Positions 49,030 to 61,600 of a DNA stretch of 64,000 bases are shown piece by piece. The first letter of the stretch is position 1; the number at the start of each line of letters is the position of its first letter. The notes below the pieces were generated by a model. The model searched no databases and was not told where the DNA came from. It saw nothing but the letters and a program-made list of their open reading frames with translations. Origin of the DNA: Takakia lepidozioides (Eukaryota > Plantae > Bryophyta); the NCBI GenBank assembly GCA_030704615.1, contig CM060733.1:50220001-50284000 (forward strand), read 5' to 3'. Position numbers and translations under genes: made by a program.

Positions 49030-50500
49030 GAAGTAGTGCGGTGATCTATCAAGGCTTGCTCGCACAAAGCCTGAAACTCCCCCAAGAACTCTCTCCCTTG
49101 GTCCGTGAGTACTCCTTCAGAAGTTGGGCCTTTGGGCCTCAGAAATTCACGAAATGCGCCACTGCCTCAAGGCCTTCCTTCACGTCCCAAAGCTATTCTT
49201 CCCTGTTGTGCGTCCTGATGGACACGAGGGACAATTTCTTCCGCTTACTCAACTACCAAAGGGCACTCCAATTGACCCGAACTCAGGCCTATCTGCTACT
49301 CCATGTCACATCTTGATAAGATTCGATAGCGATACTGACATGCCAAAAGAGGAAGCCCTTTATCGCGCCAAGAAGAGACTCGAAGAAATGCAAAATCCCC
49401 CTGGGAACTGTCTTGTACAATCTAATCACGGCAATCACAAAACATGGAAACAAGATGTGGTATGGGATCCTCAAAATCGAACTGCTACACCCTGCGACTG
49501 ATGGCATCGCGCTCTTGAAAGGCGACATGGCGTTCGTCATGGAGATGGCCTCCGGGACCCCGGTGCAAGGAAAAGTAAAGAAAACATACGACCTCCTCGC
49601 CACTACCGACTACCTCTCCCTGTACATGACAAGCGAGTCTCCAATGGTGCAATAAGCCTCCATCCCTTGTCATTGATCGATTGGTCAAGTTCGACCCGCA
49701 CATCCACAGTCTGAACGGACCTGCTCCACCTGCCAAGGAGATTTTGGATCGCTTGCGCGTAGCTAATATCAATGAGGCGCTCGCCGACACCGTGAACTCT
49801 ATCAACATCAACGCAAATCCAAGCTCGGAACACGCCCAGGACCTGCTTATGCTTGAATCGACAAAAAATTAGCTCCACATGCCATTTCAATCAAAACCGA
49901 CATATGGGGGGACTTAGCAGCTCTGGACAATAGGGTCGCCACAACCATGGTGGCTCAGAAGGAGGAGCAGCACGCCTACCTAGTCTCTTTAAATGACTCC
50001 ATTACCGAGAACCTTGGCGCTAACCTCGCCAACTTCGACAATCACGCCAATGTGGTTCTTGCTAAGCTTCCCCCTCCCAACAGCTCGGCCACTCATCCCT
50101 TAGTGCTGGGAGATGCAAGCATGATACCGGAAGCAACGACGGGTGGATACAGCCCACTTGCCCTGCTGGAATTCCATCACGCTGATCCCCTCTGGGAATC
50201 ATGAGCTCTGCAACAAAACCATCCGCCGCGGTCACGCTGACCCTCCTACCACCGCAGCAGCCTGGTTTTGACACCAGGGACCCCACCGCAACATGATTAC
50301 CTGCAGCACACACTCCAAATGAGAATGTGTAGGCGACCCCTGCCAATGCTTCCACCAGCCTCAAACAAACGGGCATCCCCGGGGCGATTATTGTTGGCTT
50401 TGAACTACTGCAGCAACACTTCAAATGGTTTCCGCCTTCCTGTTCTGCTCCACTCGGCACACATAGCCAGTCTAACTGCAGGCTCCCCGTGACCAAGCTA
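49030..50500 (+). pseudogene. Frameshifted ORF remnant of a probable transposable element (family uncertain)
   Basis: Overlapping ORFs 49124-49501, 49413-49655, 49681-49872 and 49947-50204 read as one broken protein. No introns are seen, and it truncates the Gypsy integrase fragment. Confidence 0.45.
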
Positions 50501-52896
50501 TATTCTAATAGTGCTTAAAAACAAAACCATCATATCTAGCTTAGCACTAGAAAACTAGATAGATCATCTCTCTCGAGTGATATGAAAACTAAACTCACAC
50601 TGTTGACACAAGAACATGAAATACAACACCATCACTCGTTAAACTAAGAATCGAGCCAGGGGCACCCCAAGCTATGGGGACTCCACCCCACAACATCCTA
50701 TTCTCCCTTCATAAGCACACTCAAATTCTAAGCAGTGAAGGAGCTCGGTCGTGCAGGCTCAACTCGAGAGAGATGAGCCGCACGACTGACGAGCTCGTGA
50801 AGATAAGATGGTTCAGGTGTCAAGCTAAACTTGACACCTGACTTAACACTTGAACTAATTCCAAGTGTTAAATACAAATAACTAGATTTATTCTAGTTTG
50901 TTTCACATTGTGTTTATTTAACTTGACATTTCCTTACGCATCTGAAAAAACCGCGATTATAGCAACAGGCGCGGATAGAAGCAAGCAGTGAAACAGAACT
51001 CCTGCAACCACATCATGATTTAAGGCTCTTGCAAGAAGCCTTGTTACGAACAGAGTGAGATAGCGCTTCAACTTGCTCCCCAAATCTTACTACTCCTCAA
51101 TCTCCTCACTTAGCAGCCTTGGTAGCTCAAAACCTTCAAATCGCGAATATGTTATTGCAAACGCTGCCTCTCCTGCACTTCCTTTGCTTTCTGCATACCT
51201 CCTCTTTACAACCACTATTTCGATCACCCTAAAATCCTTCCTATAGTCTATACCTCTCTCTCACACACATATCTCTCTAGCTCTCGGTTACCTCTTGGTG
51301 TTTAGCTTGTTTGCTAGGGTCACGGGGAAATTTCCCCTCAGTAAGCCTCACGGCCTTGGTGGTGGTTATTTTTTCCACCTTATGACTTTTCTATTAATTT
51401 GATTAAAAGGGCCTCTGTCCCCTTTCATTAAAAAATTTATTTTAATAATAATAATAATAATAATAAACTGTTACATGCAAGTAACAAAATCTAAACAAAG
51501 TGCAATCTGAAAAATTGCCCATCATAGCTTGATATACCATATCATGAAGAACAAATGCATGGTTACATGCGAGCCCTGCCCTGACATAGTTATGAATTGG
51601 TTGTGAAATGATTAACATAATCTAGGAGTTTAAATGCGAGGTAAATTGGTATGTGGTCAGTCTTGTATGCTTCTTTTGTTCCGGATAAAGATTGTTGTAT
51701 AGGTGCATTAATCCACAAAATTAGTTGAGATAATTATAGCATAAGTGCATGCTGAACTTGAATTATCTCCAGTTGTTATTCTGGTACTACGACTTGAGTC
51801 GCTAATTTAAGACCTGTATCTAAGTAGAATTAGCTGAGATAACTATAGCATAACTGGATGCTTAGTTATTTGCAGTTGCTATTCTGCCACTATAACAAGT
51901 CACTCCTAATTATTAGCTGGGAATACATCTCATTTAACCAATCGTATAGGAAAAATAAGTTTCTTATTACTTAAGCAAATTTATTGTGTTATATAGAAAA
52001 CAATTGTGGAAAACTAAAACAATGTCTATGATTTGTATTGAAACTGTGGATTCTATATATCTACATTATTACTGTATTAAAATTATGATATAGACAAACG
52101 ACAACAGAAATTGATAAATAAATTTAATATGTAATCATTTATGAGTTTTTCCTTTTTCACTTCAGCAAATACCAAGTGACCTTTGCTGATTGCTTATGGC
52201 TTATTGCTGATTGTGTCAAGAAGCAGCTTTCGGCCTATCAAAGTCGGAGTCCGCCTCATGACCATGTATGCCATTGGGCTCATCACTCTCACCATCACTA
52301 TAGACATCAGAAGGCTACTGCATCCCTATGTTCTTTAGCAATCAAATGTAATAATTTGTAATGCAATCTTCACTTTAAAATAACAACTACATGTAGCTGA
52401 CGCAAACTCTTTTTTGTCACAGATTGTGCACATTTTTGTGAGCGATTAGCACGTGGGTAACCTTTAAGAAGAAGGAACCAAACAATTGGGTGATGGACTT
52501 CCCTGCATGGATAGAGACAACAATAGATCGAGGATATGCACACTTTCCTCACCACCCCCGCCCACTACTTGAGCTTACAACTGTCCAAAGATATACCATC
52601 GTCTTTTGGGCGTTCCTTTTTGGGGACAGATACACAAACACAGACAGAGCAGAATGGGCAGAGAGAGTTTGTATGATGTGTACCTTCCAAGAAAACATAA
52701 AATGGAGGAAGAATTGTCTGCAGTGTCGAGAAACATTTCACAGTTAAGTATGAGCTGTTAATAAGACCAAAAGGCGAACCAAAGTGTCACTAGGTCAAGA
52801 TAGTAAGCAAGGCAAATATCAGGCAACTTGAGACCCTTCTTGTAGTGAAAGATGTCTTTGTCACTCTCTCAAACAAAGTGCTACATTATACAGAAG

Positions 52897-54950
52897 TCCG
52901 TGGGGGACAGGGTGGTGACCAAGGCATGGCCAACCGGCTTCAGCAACTAGAGCAGAGGCTCGCAGCCATGACCACAGCTCAGGTGGTACCGGCTCCAAGG
53001 TCGGATGGTCCATCTCCTGATTCTGAGGGAGGAGACATGGGAGGCATGGGTTTCATGTGCGGGGCAGCACTATCACTAGTGAGTGGTGTCACTATCACTA
53101 CCACTACCACTATGAGTGGGGCACTACTACCACTAGTGAGGGGTGCCACTACCACTACCACTGTGGATGGGGCACCACTACCACTATGTACGGGGCAGGA
53201 CTACCACTGGTGCAAGTGGAGTCAGCTGCGGCAGTGATTCGAGGAGCAGCACGAGTTCCTGAGCCACGGGGTGCGAAGGTGGAGTTGCATCCACAGCGTG
53301 GGGAGGCAAACCGTCAGGCCAGGCCTCAGTCATTTACATTGGCGGAGACATGTCGACGCCATCCATGACACCTAGTTCTCGCCCGATTGCTACCGAGGCG
53401 GAGGTTACTATGCCATTGGGGAGAGCTACATGGGCAGCACCACTACCTAGTGTTTCCAAGGCTACGGAAACTAGTGTGCTGCTGGGGGCGGTCACATCTG
53501 TGTGTCAAGCTCCATTGTTCTTGGCTACCATGATTGCGACTCTGGGGGTAAGACCAGCTGAGGTGTTCAGGCTGGCAGCTACACTTTGTGAGAGTGGGGA
53601 GGTTACTTCATCTTCTGCGGAGATAGTGGGAGGCGTAGTGATGGAGGGATCCTTAGATGTGAGGGTCAAGACTGCCACGGCGGCGCCATGGCAAGCTGCA
53701 GCTGCCAGGTTGATGGAGCTGCCAGCTAGGCCAGCCATGGTGACACCTGGAGTTGTCATGTTAGACAACCAGGATGACATTTTCTGTTTGAGTGGACCGG
53801 CAGGCAAGAGGCACCGGCCACTACGAGTCTTGTTGGACTCGGGAGCTTAGCCATTGATGCTGGGTAGAACTGCTATTGCAGACTTGGGCCTCACGGAGGC
53901 GGATATGGAGCCGTGCTCTTTCCAGATACAGACATCACTGGGAGGATCAGAGCAGGCTCGGGGCATGACACGACATGAGTTGGCTATCAGACTACAGCCG
54001 GATCATCCTACAGATGGCTCAGTGATGAGAGCCAAGGCCATTATGACAGACGCGGTCTCGTACAATATCCTTATTGGTGGGGCAGTGTTGTACCTCATGG
54101 GCTTCACCCTGGATTTTTGGGAGGAGTCAGCTTCCTATGGGCCTGGATGGTAGTCAGAGGAACGGCGTGTGAGTTGGCCTAGAGAGTTGCTAGAGGGCAA
54201 TGCTCATTCAGAGGATGTGTCATCTCCGGGAGAGTAGGATGACATGTATGGTATGGTGGAGATGCCTGCCATGGTTGCTCACACTCCAAATTATGGGGCT
54301 TGAGTAAGGATTTGCAGCGGGTTGCTGATCGGCGTGTGCAACAAGCCTGGGTAGAGGCTTTTGTACCGTCAGGAGAGGATGATAGTACGGGGCACCAGGA
54401 CCACCTCAGTTGTCACCATTGGACACCACACTGATTGTGTGGCAGTGTCAGGATTAAGGCATTTGCCTTCTGGACTTGTTTGGCGGGATCAACACCGGAT
54501 TGGCTACTGTTCTACAGGCATGTGTACAAGTTCGGCGTTACCTGTATGTGGAGAGGGATGAGACCGCATGACGTGTCTCCCTACGCCATGTTGCTTAGTT
54601 GGTGCAGCAGTACCGTAAGTTGTTGCCGGTGTCTGCAGTTCGTGAATATCATCAGCAGGCCTTGCCAGTAGACATTTCATTGCTGGGGGTGCAGGATTTG
54701 GAGCGGGTTGGCTCCATTGATTTGGTAATGGCAGGTTGGCCCTGCCAAGGGCATTCATCAGTCGGGCATGGCAATGGATTGCGAGACTCGAGGTCGGGTC
54801 TGTTTTGGGAGATGGTGCGGGTTTTGCGCCACTTATAGCTTCATCAAGCTGTATCTCCAGCATATATCTTGGAGAATGAGCCACTGATGGGCGATTCTCG
54901 GGCCAGGGTGATGGCCAGTGTGCATCAAGTCTGGTCGTGGCTTGGGTCAG
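52897..54950 (+). mobile_element. Degenerate Ty3/Gypsy-type polyprotein fragment: low-complexity region, aspartic protease, C5 DNA methyltransferase
   Basis: Protease RVLLDSGA*PLMLG (D at 53836) and YNILIGGAVL. Downstream DNMT motifs I-VI lie in one frame. Truncated at ~54950 by a LINE. Confidence 0.85.
54461..54946 (+). pseudogene. C5 cytosine DNA methyltransferase domain (motifs I-VI), retrotransposon-borne, with in-frame stops
   Basis: Motif I ICLLDLFGGI, II YLYVERD, III DI, IV IDLVMAGWPCQG (Cys at 54743-54745), V GLRDSRSGLF, VI YILEN (54863-54877). Stops at 54569, 54596 and 54836. Confidence 0.9.
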
Positions 54951-57915
54951 AGCCCGGTAAGACTCTATTGGCTTCAAGAGGTGGTGGCAAGTACATAACC
55001 ATGCTAAAAAACATAAGCAGACATTGATGAATCCATAAAAAATGTTACAATGTTTGAGCGACAGCAATACAAAGGCAGCAGGGCTAGGGGAAAATGTCAA
55101 ATCTTTCTGAAATCATCAGTACAGCCGACTGCCAGTGTTGGTATGAGAGTCCAAGCTGATCCAGGTATCAGAACCTCAGCCGTGCTCTTGATTTAGTGTC
55201 CCTAGCTCTTTTATGCCTCCAATTGAATTCAGCCTCATCTCCCTCACCAGGAGACTTCCCATTGAGTGGGGATGGCGTCTTTCTAGGTAAAGCGCATGTC
55301 GGGAAGGCTGGAGCCAAGCAGGTCGCCTTTGTAGCTTGCGTCCTTGTTGTTCTGAAGTTCTGGGAATAGCTGCACACACAGAGTCCCACGCTTTCCTCCC
55401 CTCAGTTAACAAATCATGATATGTATGAAACAAGATCGATCTGCCTCTGGGGTGTTTGCCCTCATAAACCCAGGCACACCTTGTTTTCCACAAATTCCAT
55501 AAGGTATGAGCTCTCAGAGAAGCCCAAACCGGGCAGCTAACCTGAGATTGAGCAATCTGAACATTAAGGAGCAGCATTGAAGGAGGGGGTGGATTGGAGA
55601 AAGAGGCCCAGTGAGAATAGAATCCAACAATTATTCTCTATATCCTACTTGAGATATTGCAAACAGTGTTCAATAAACTCTGGTTCAAGCAAGCAGAGGG
55701 GGCAGGTAGGCTGGTCCTCATGGGTAACAAGCCTGATGGGGAGTATTCTGTGTGCCAGTTTCCATAGGAAGTCGGATACTTTTGTAGAACGGTCCTTCCT
55801 CCAAATGTCTCTCTACACTTTGTCCCAGCAGCCTTGAGGTAAAATGTGGTTGCCCCATTTGGCTGTCCATTTTCTTTGAAAAGAGCGAGGTGGGTTGATG
55901 AGAGAGTAACCCAACTTCACAGAATAACCAAAGAAAGGGGTTTTTTTGCTATCCATCCACCGCCACTCTCCTGGATCGAATTGCAAATCAGCCAAAGGGC
56001 AAGAGAGGAACCAGGATATGATTCGTGAAAGGCCCATTGCACTTCCAATCCTGGGGGAGGCAAGGGTTTGGCATTGCCTTTACTGTCCAACACTCTTATG
56101 TGGCAGAGGTTGTCCTTGTTGTGGTCTGTAATGCCTTGAAAAGCCAGACAGTCTTCGGCATCTGGTATGAAGCCTATCCCTGTTGCTGTGTTTCCATGCG
56201 TGGAGAGAACGAGGATTACCGTCCATTGATTGTCCGTTGGTGCAGCCATCCAAGCGGGGACTGACCAGTCTGTTTGTGGTTCATCAAGGATGGGCATCAT
56301 GTATTGTGGGATATTTGATAGGACAATGTTCCAAGCTCTAGACCTTCTTCCACCCAGGGATGTAGAGACTTGCTCCTCCGTCAAGAACTGGTCTTGCTCT
56401 CTAATAGAGGCGATGTGGGTGAAGCCTTTCCCTTCCAAAAAAGCCCAGGCCGGGGCATGTTTCAGGAGAGGGGTAGAGTCCATGTTGAAGTTGATGAACA
56501 GCGGCTGGCGGAGGCATTCTTGTATAGTGGCAGGCATTCTCTGTGTGAGGTTGCCCCTCAGGGCATGCCATGCTTTCCAAATTGTTTGCCATGGTCTGGA
56601 AGCCAGCTTAATTCCTGCATTTCTACCTTGGACAATCCACCTGAGAGAATGAGCCTAGAGGGGAGAAGATGCGGGGATAGATCCCATCAAATAAGGCTGA
56701 ATGAGTTTGCTCCAGGGAGCACTCCTGTATTTTATTGCCCTCGGTATCGACTTTGCCAGTAGTGCTTTGATCTGAGCTGCAATGTCCAAAATTCCCAAGC
56801 CTCCCCGCTTTTTCTCTTGGCACAGCTGGTCCCATGAGACTAGTGCCCGTCTCAATGGCGTAGAGGGGGTGGCCCCCCAGATGAAATTTCTAATGAGGGT
56901 TCTTATCGCCTTATGAAGGGCAGCCTCCAGATCCCATACTGCAACCAAAAACCATAGCGAGCCTTCCATAACTTGATTGGCTACTAGTGCTCTGCCCACT
57001 ATAGAAAGCATTGCCGAGCTCCAAAAAGCCAGGCTTCTCTTAAGTCTGGAAAACACCTCTTTCATTCGGTTGTGCTGCGTAAGATGTATGCCCATCTGGT
57101 GACCTAGCAAGGTGTGTGACTCCCCCGGTTGCAGCCATCTTAAACCAAGGTCTTGGCCCCATGATTGACAATGTGTTGTGGGAGCCCCATCTTGCCGGAG
57201 GGAGAGGATTCCCATGGACTTTCCCCAATTCACTTTCAGGCCTGATCCAATGCATAAAGTATGGAGGGCATGTAGCGCTCTGTCTATGTTGTTTTTCCTT
57301 GTATTGTCTAGCAGGAGCACCGTGTCGTCTGCATACATAGATAATTTCAGCATTTCGGGCCTGTAGGTGGGCAATTGAAGACCAATGATGTCGTGTGTAG
57401 AGTCCAGTAGATGACCCAGTGAATCCGCCGCAATCAAGAAAAGGAACGGGGTGAGTACTGGATAACCTTGTCGTACTGATCTGGATATTGGGAAGGATCT
57501 GGAGATTACCCCATTTTAAACCATTACCATGCTGGAGGCCGAATGGAGTAGTATCCGAACCCATGCCAGGAAAGGACCCCCTAGCCCTGTTTTTTCCAAA
57601 ACCTTCATGAGAAAAGGCCAGTCAATGGAGTTGAAAGCCTTCTCAAAATCCAGGATAAGGAACACCAATGGCTGGTTATTCACCTCAGCCTGTGGAGGCT
57701 CTCATGGGCTAGAAGGATGTTATCAAGAATCATGCGATCCTTGAGGAAGCCTGTTTGATTTTTCCTTATGATGTTCGGCAACAACGGTTGCAGCTTGAGT
57801 GCCAAGGCCTTTGCAATGATTTTATAGGTAGAGTTTAGCAACGTGATTGGCCGATAGTTTGCCATATTGTCTCTTTCCCCCTTTTTGAAATCAATGTTAC
57901 CAGTCCCTCCGAGAT
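54950..57915 (-). mobile_element. 5'-truncated L1/Tx1-type LINE ORF2 remnant (reverse transcriptase, zf-RVT)
   Basis: NYRPITLLNSTYKIIAKAL, QTGFLKDRMILDNI, LDFEKAF, RQGYP, SMYADDTVL, GLKVNWGKS, GGLGILDI, C-terminal RAHTLWNLWKTRC. Several frameshifts. Confidence 0.93.
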
Positions 57916-58605
57916 CTGGGAGTCACAATGACTTCAAAAAATGTATACGGAACAATGTTGCACAAACAATTGGTTGTGCACGACTCTTGATCTCTAGATG
58001 ATAAATTTAGTTGAAATCTCCATATAAATTAATGATGGTTTGTTTCAGTTATGAATGCAAGTCTTCTAAAGAGCTTTGGTTTCTTTACGATATAGTAAAT
58101 AATCCATGCGATTAATATGTTGTCATATATATTTCTTTTATAACAAAAAAATATTTATTGTGCCTCAAATCTACCATCATCGAAGTAATAGTTGTAGCAA
58201 CTTATGTGGAGCTTATGTGTTCAAGCAACATTTCATACATATTTATTTGTTGACATAGTATGAAAATTAAAGCTAGAATATCATAGTATAATTTATAATA
58301 CTATCAATTACTCATAAATATCTATATACCTCTTTGTATTGATCGCAATTTGAAGTCCATAAGAAGAATATAACAAATCAAACCCTAGCCAAATAATTAG
58401 ATATAATGTAGAGCTAGTTCTCTCACATTATAATAATGAAGTGCTCTACAATTCAAATTACTCAATATAAGTAACACACAATATTCCATGAAACATTGTT
58501 CATCCCATGTGATAAACATGAAAACATATATGTACATTAATATTTTTGTGTGCAATTCAAAATTCAAAGTCATGTATAATTGTGTACAATCTCAAAGTGA
58601 CAATA

Positions 58606-61600
58606 CTATGTAATTTCTATATTGTAAATTTTTGGCAATGGATTGAAAACAAAATACCGGGCTTTATCCCAAAATATTAGGGGGACAACTATTGAGGAAA
58701 ATCCAATAGCTACACCTATAGCAAATCCATGTATAGACACAATGTCGGATAATTGAGGTTCTTGGTGTTGTAAGGTTCTATATATCTCTATCGAAGCATT
58801 TAAATTTTGTGTGCATGAATTGTTTAGAGGTGAGCCACAAAGACCTAAATTCCCTGGCTTATAGGTACTTACAGTAAAAGAATTGAATTGATTGCCTCTC
58901 GGAATTAGCCCGGATAGATTGTTCATAGATAGTTCTAATGTACCTAAGTTTTCTAGTTTTGTAAGAGTTGTTGGAATTCCACCTGAAAGTTGATTGTTTG
59001 AAAGATCTAATGTTTCCAATTCTAATAGATTTTCAAAATTTGGCGGTATCTCACCTTGTAAAGCATTGTGAGACAAAATCAAGTACTTCAAAGCCACCAA
59101 CGTACCGATATGCAAAGGGATACTTCCAGTGAGACTGTTTCTTGATAAATCAATATATGCCAATGACTTCAAAATGTATGTATAGTCCAAGCCAATCCCT
59201 CTAGGATATAAAGTGATTTCATAATCAAGTGTCGAACCCGCGGCTAGTGAGTCATTTGAATTTTCTGTCACTTTGAAACCTTGTAATCGAGTAAGGTTGG
59301 TAGGAATATCGCCTGAAAAGTTGTTGTTTGACAAGTCAAGTACTTGAAGTTGTACCATGTTGCCAATCCAAGATGGAATAGAACCCTCAAATTTGTTTCC
59401 AGCTAAACGGAGTATGCGCAAGTTTTGCAAACTCGAATCATTGACTAGCTCAATAGGTAAGCTTCCATTTAGGTTATTCATACCGAAATCCCCCAGTTTA
59501 AGACTAGTAGAAGTGGCGAAAGATGATGGAATACCTCCAATGAGATTATTACTATAAACTGAAAATAATTGTAGATCATCGAGTTGATTAAAATCAAGTT
59601 GTAATGGTCCAGATAGCGTGTTGTTGCTCAACTCCAATATTTGCAAAAACGTACAATTGACCAAAGTCGAAGGAATGCTTCCACTCAACTTGTTTGAGCT
59701 TAAATACAGATATCGTAGTTGCGTCAAACCTCCCAATTGTGTAGGTACATCACCTTTGAACATTATTCAACACCAATTTAATAATAATAATAATAATAAC
59801 CATCACAGTAAGCAATGTGGATTAGCTATACCACTAAGGGTGTTAAGTGAATATTTTTACGAGGTTGGAATCATATTTCTTGTAAGTCGTTCATTTCTCA
59901 TTCATAGCCTTAATTTTCTCTATCATAATGACATATTTGTTCACAATCTACAAAAATTTACCAAATGTATTTGCGATTTTGAACTTTAAATTAATTTATC
60001 ATTTCTGCGCTTTTGAGTTTTCAAATAACACCATACCTTGTAATTGATTGTTGTCAAGATGAAAATATCTCATGGATGTGCAATTGGTCAAAGACGTAGG
60101 GATTTTGCCAATAAGTCTATTTTGGCTCAAATCCAGATACACCAATTGATTCATCCTTCCCATTTCAGTAGGTATGTGACCTAAACATCAAACCACACAT
60201 AATTAGATAATTTCTCATAATCAATCTCTTGTACTATAATCATGTATCCAAGTTCATTTAAAAACAACCAAACAAAATTTGTTTCACATGTCAAATGGAC
60301 AATTTAATAACATCAAAATAATTCTTGTATGTATTGACATTCTTGGTGCTGAAAAACATCATATTCAAATGTTCAACATAACCAATTCAATAAGCCTTGT
60401 GTTCTCTACGCATAATTAACATCTTAATTTTACAAGTGTTGATGGGGTTTATAGAGATATTTTCATATTGTCTTCACACAATGAAATAAGTCTAGATTTT
60501 AAAATTGTTACATTTCTAATTAACGTGTTAATTGTGATAAATGTTATTCATGCATCAAATTTCCCCACCTGACAAATTGTTGTTGTTGAGCCACAAACCC
60601 TGCAAAGAAGTGCAATTTGTCAACGAAGAAGGGATAATGTTGGTAAAATTATTTCCACTCACGTCCAAATATACCAATTTATTCAGCACTCCCAACTCCA
60701 TGGGTATATGACCTGAACATCAACCATTGCATGTTAGTACCTATAGTGTATATTACATGTTCATTACACTATACATTCAAAAATTTAGGTAACAGATTCT
60801 GAATATTCATTGACATTTCATAATATAAAAAGTTGAATGCAATATTGAATACATTATCATCAACCTTTCACATTTAGCTCTAAAAAGACTAGTAGATCAA
60901 TCATAATCCATTGATACTAATATATCTATTATTTGGGTGTTCTCATATACAATTAGATATACTTGAGACAAAAGTTTTGATGCTCTCTATTTCGTTATAA
61001 GTACCATATTAAAATTAACCCGATATTTTATTTTATCTTTTGTGAAAGGAAACCTGGGAGCGACAGCCCACAATTCAGGCCCTTGAGGAGGGGGAAAACA
61101 TAATTATACTAGTGATAAATATGGAGTTTTTACCTGTCAATTGCATGCCGTTAAGCCACAATTCTGTGAGTAGGGTGCAGTTCAACAGAAAAAGAGGGAA
61201 TTGACCCGTGAATTGATTACCACCTAGATTTAAGGAAGAGAGTTGATTCGACATTCCCAATTCCATAGGTATATCACCTGCCAAAAAAAGCATCATGGTA
61301 GAACTTGAAAGAGTGTTTTTCGAGAAAAAGGAGAAAAAGAAGAGTTTTTTTTTTTTTTTTTTTTTTTTTTGGCATAAGACTTTATAACTGAGGTCGGATT
61401 TATGATAAAATAATTATTATTTTTTAATTAAAATTACTACCATAGGTGCCTCTTGCTGTCCGCCATTAATTAAATAAAATAAAAATACAGAGCTGGAGAA
61501 AAAAAAAATTCCTCCTCTCAAAGTGCCAAATATCCATATATTTGAACCCAACACTTGTTTGAAAAGTGTTCAACCTCTTCTGCGAAAAAACAAAACAAAA

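Noticed and set aside
53062-53190. Thr-rich ORF from ACCACT repeats as a distinct protein
   Set aside because: Low-complexity ~50-57 bp tandem repeats within the retroelement fragment.
54461-54946. Functional host DNMT gene or bacterial contamination
   Set aside because: It has in-frame stops, lacks motifs VIII-X because of the LINE truncation, is linked to a retroviral protease and is embedded among plant TEs.
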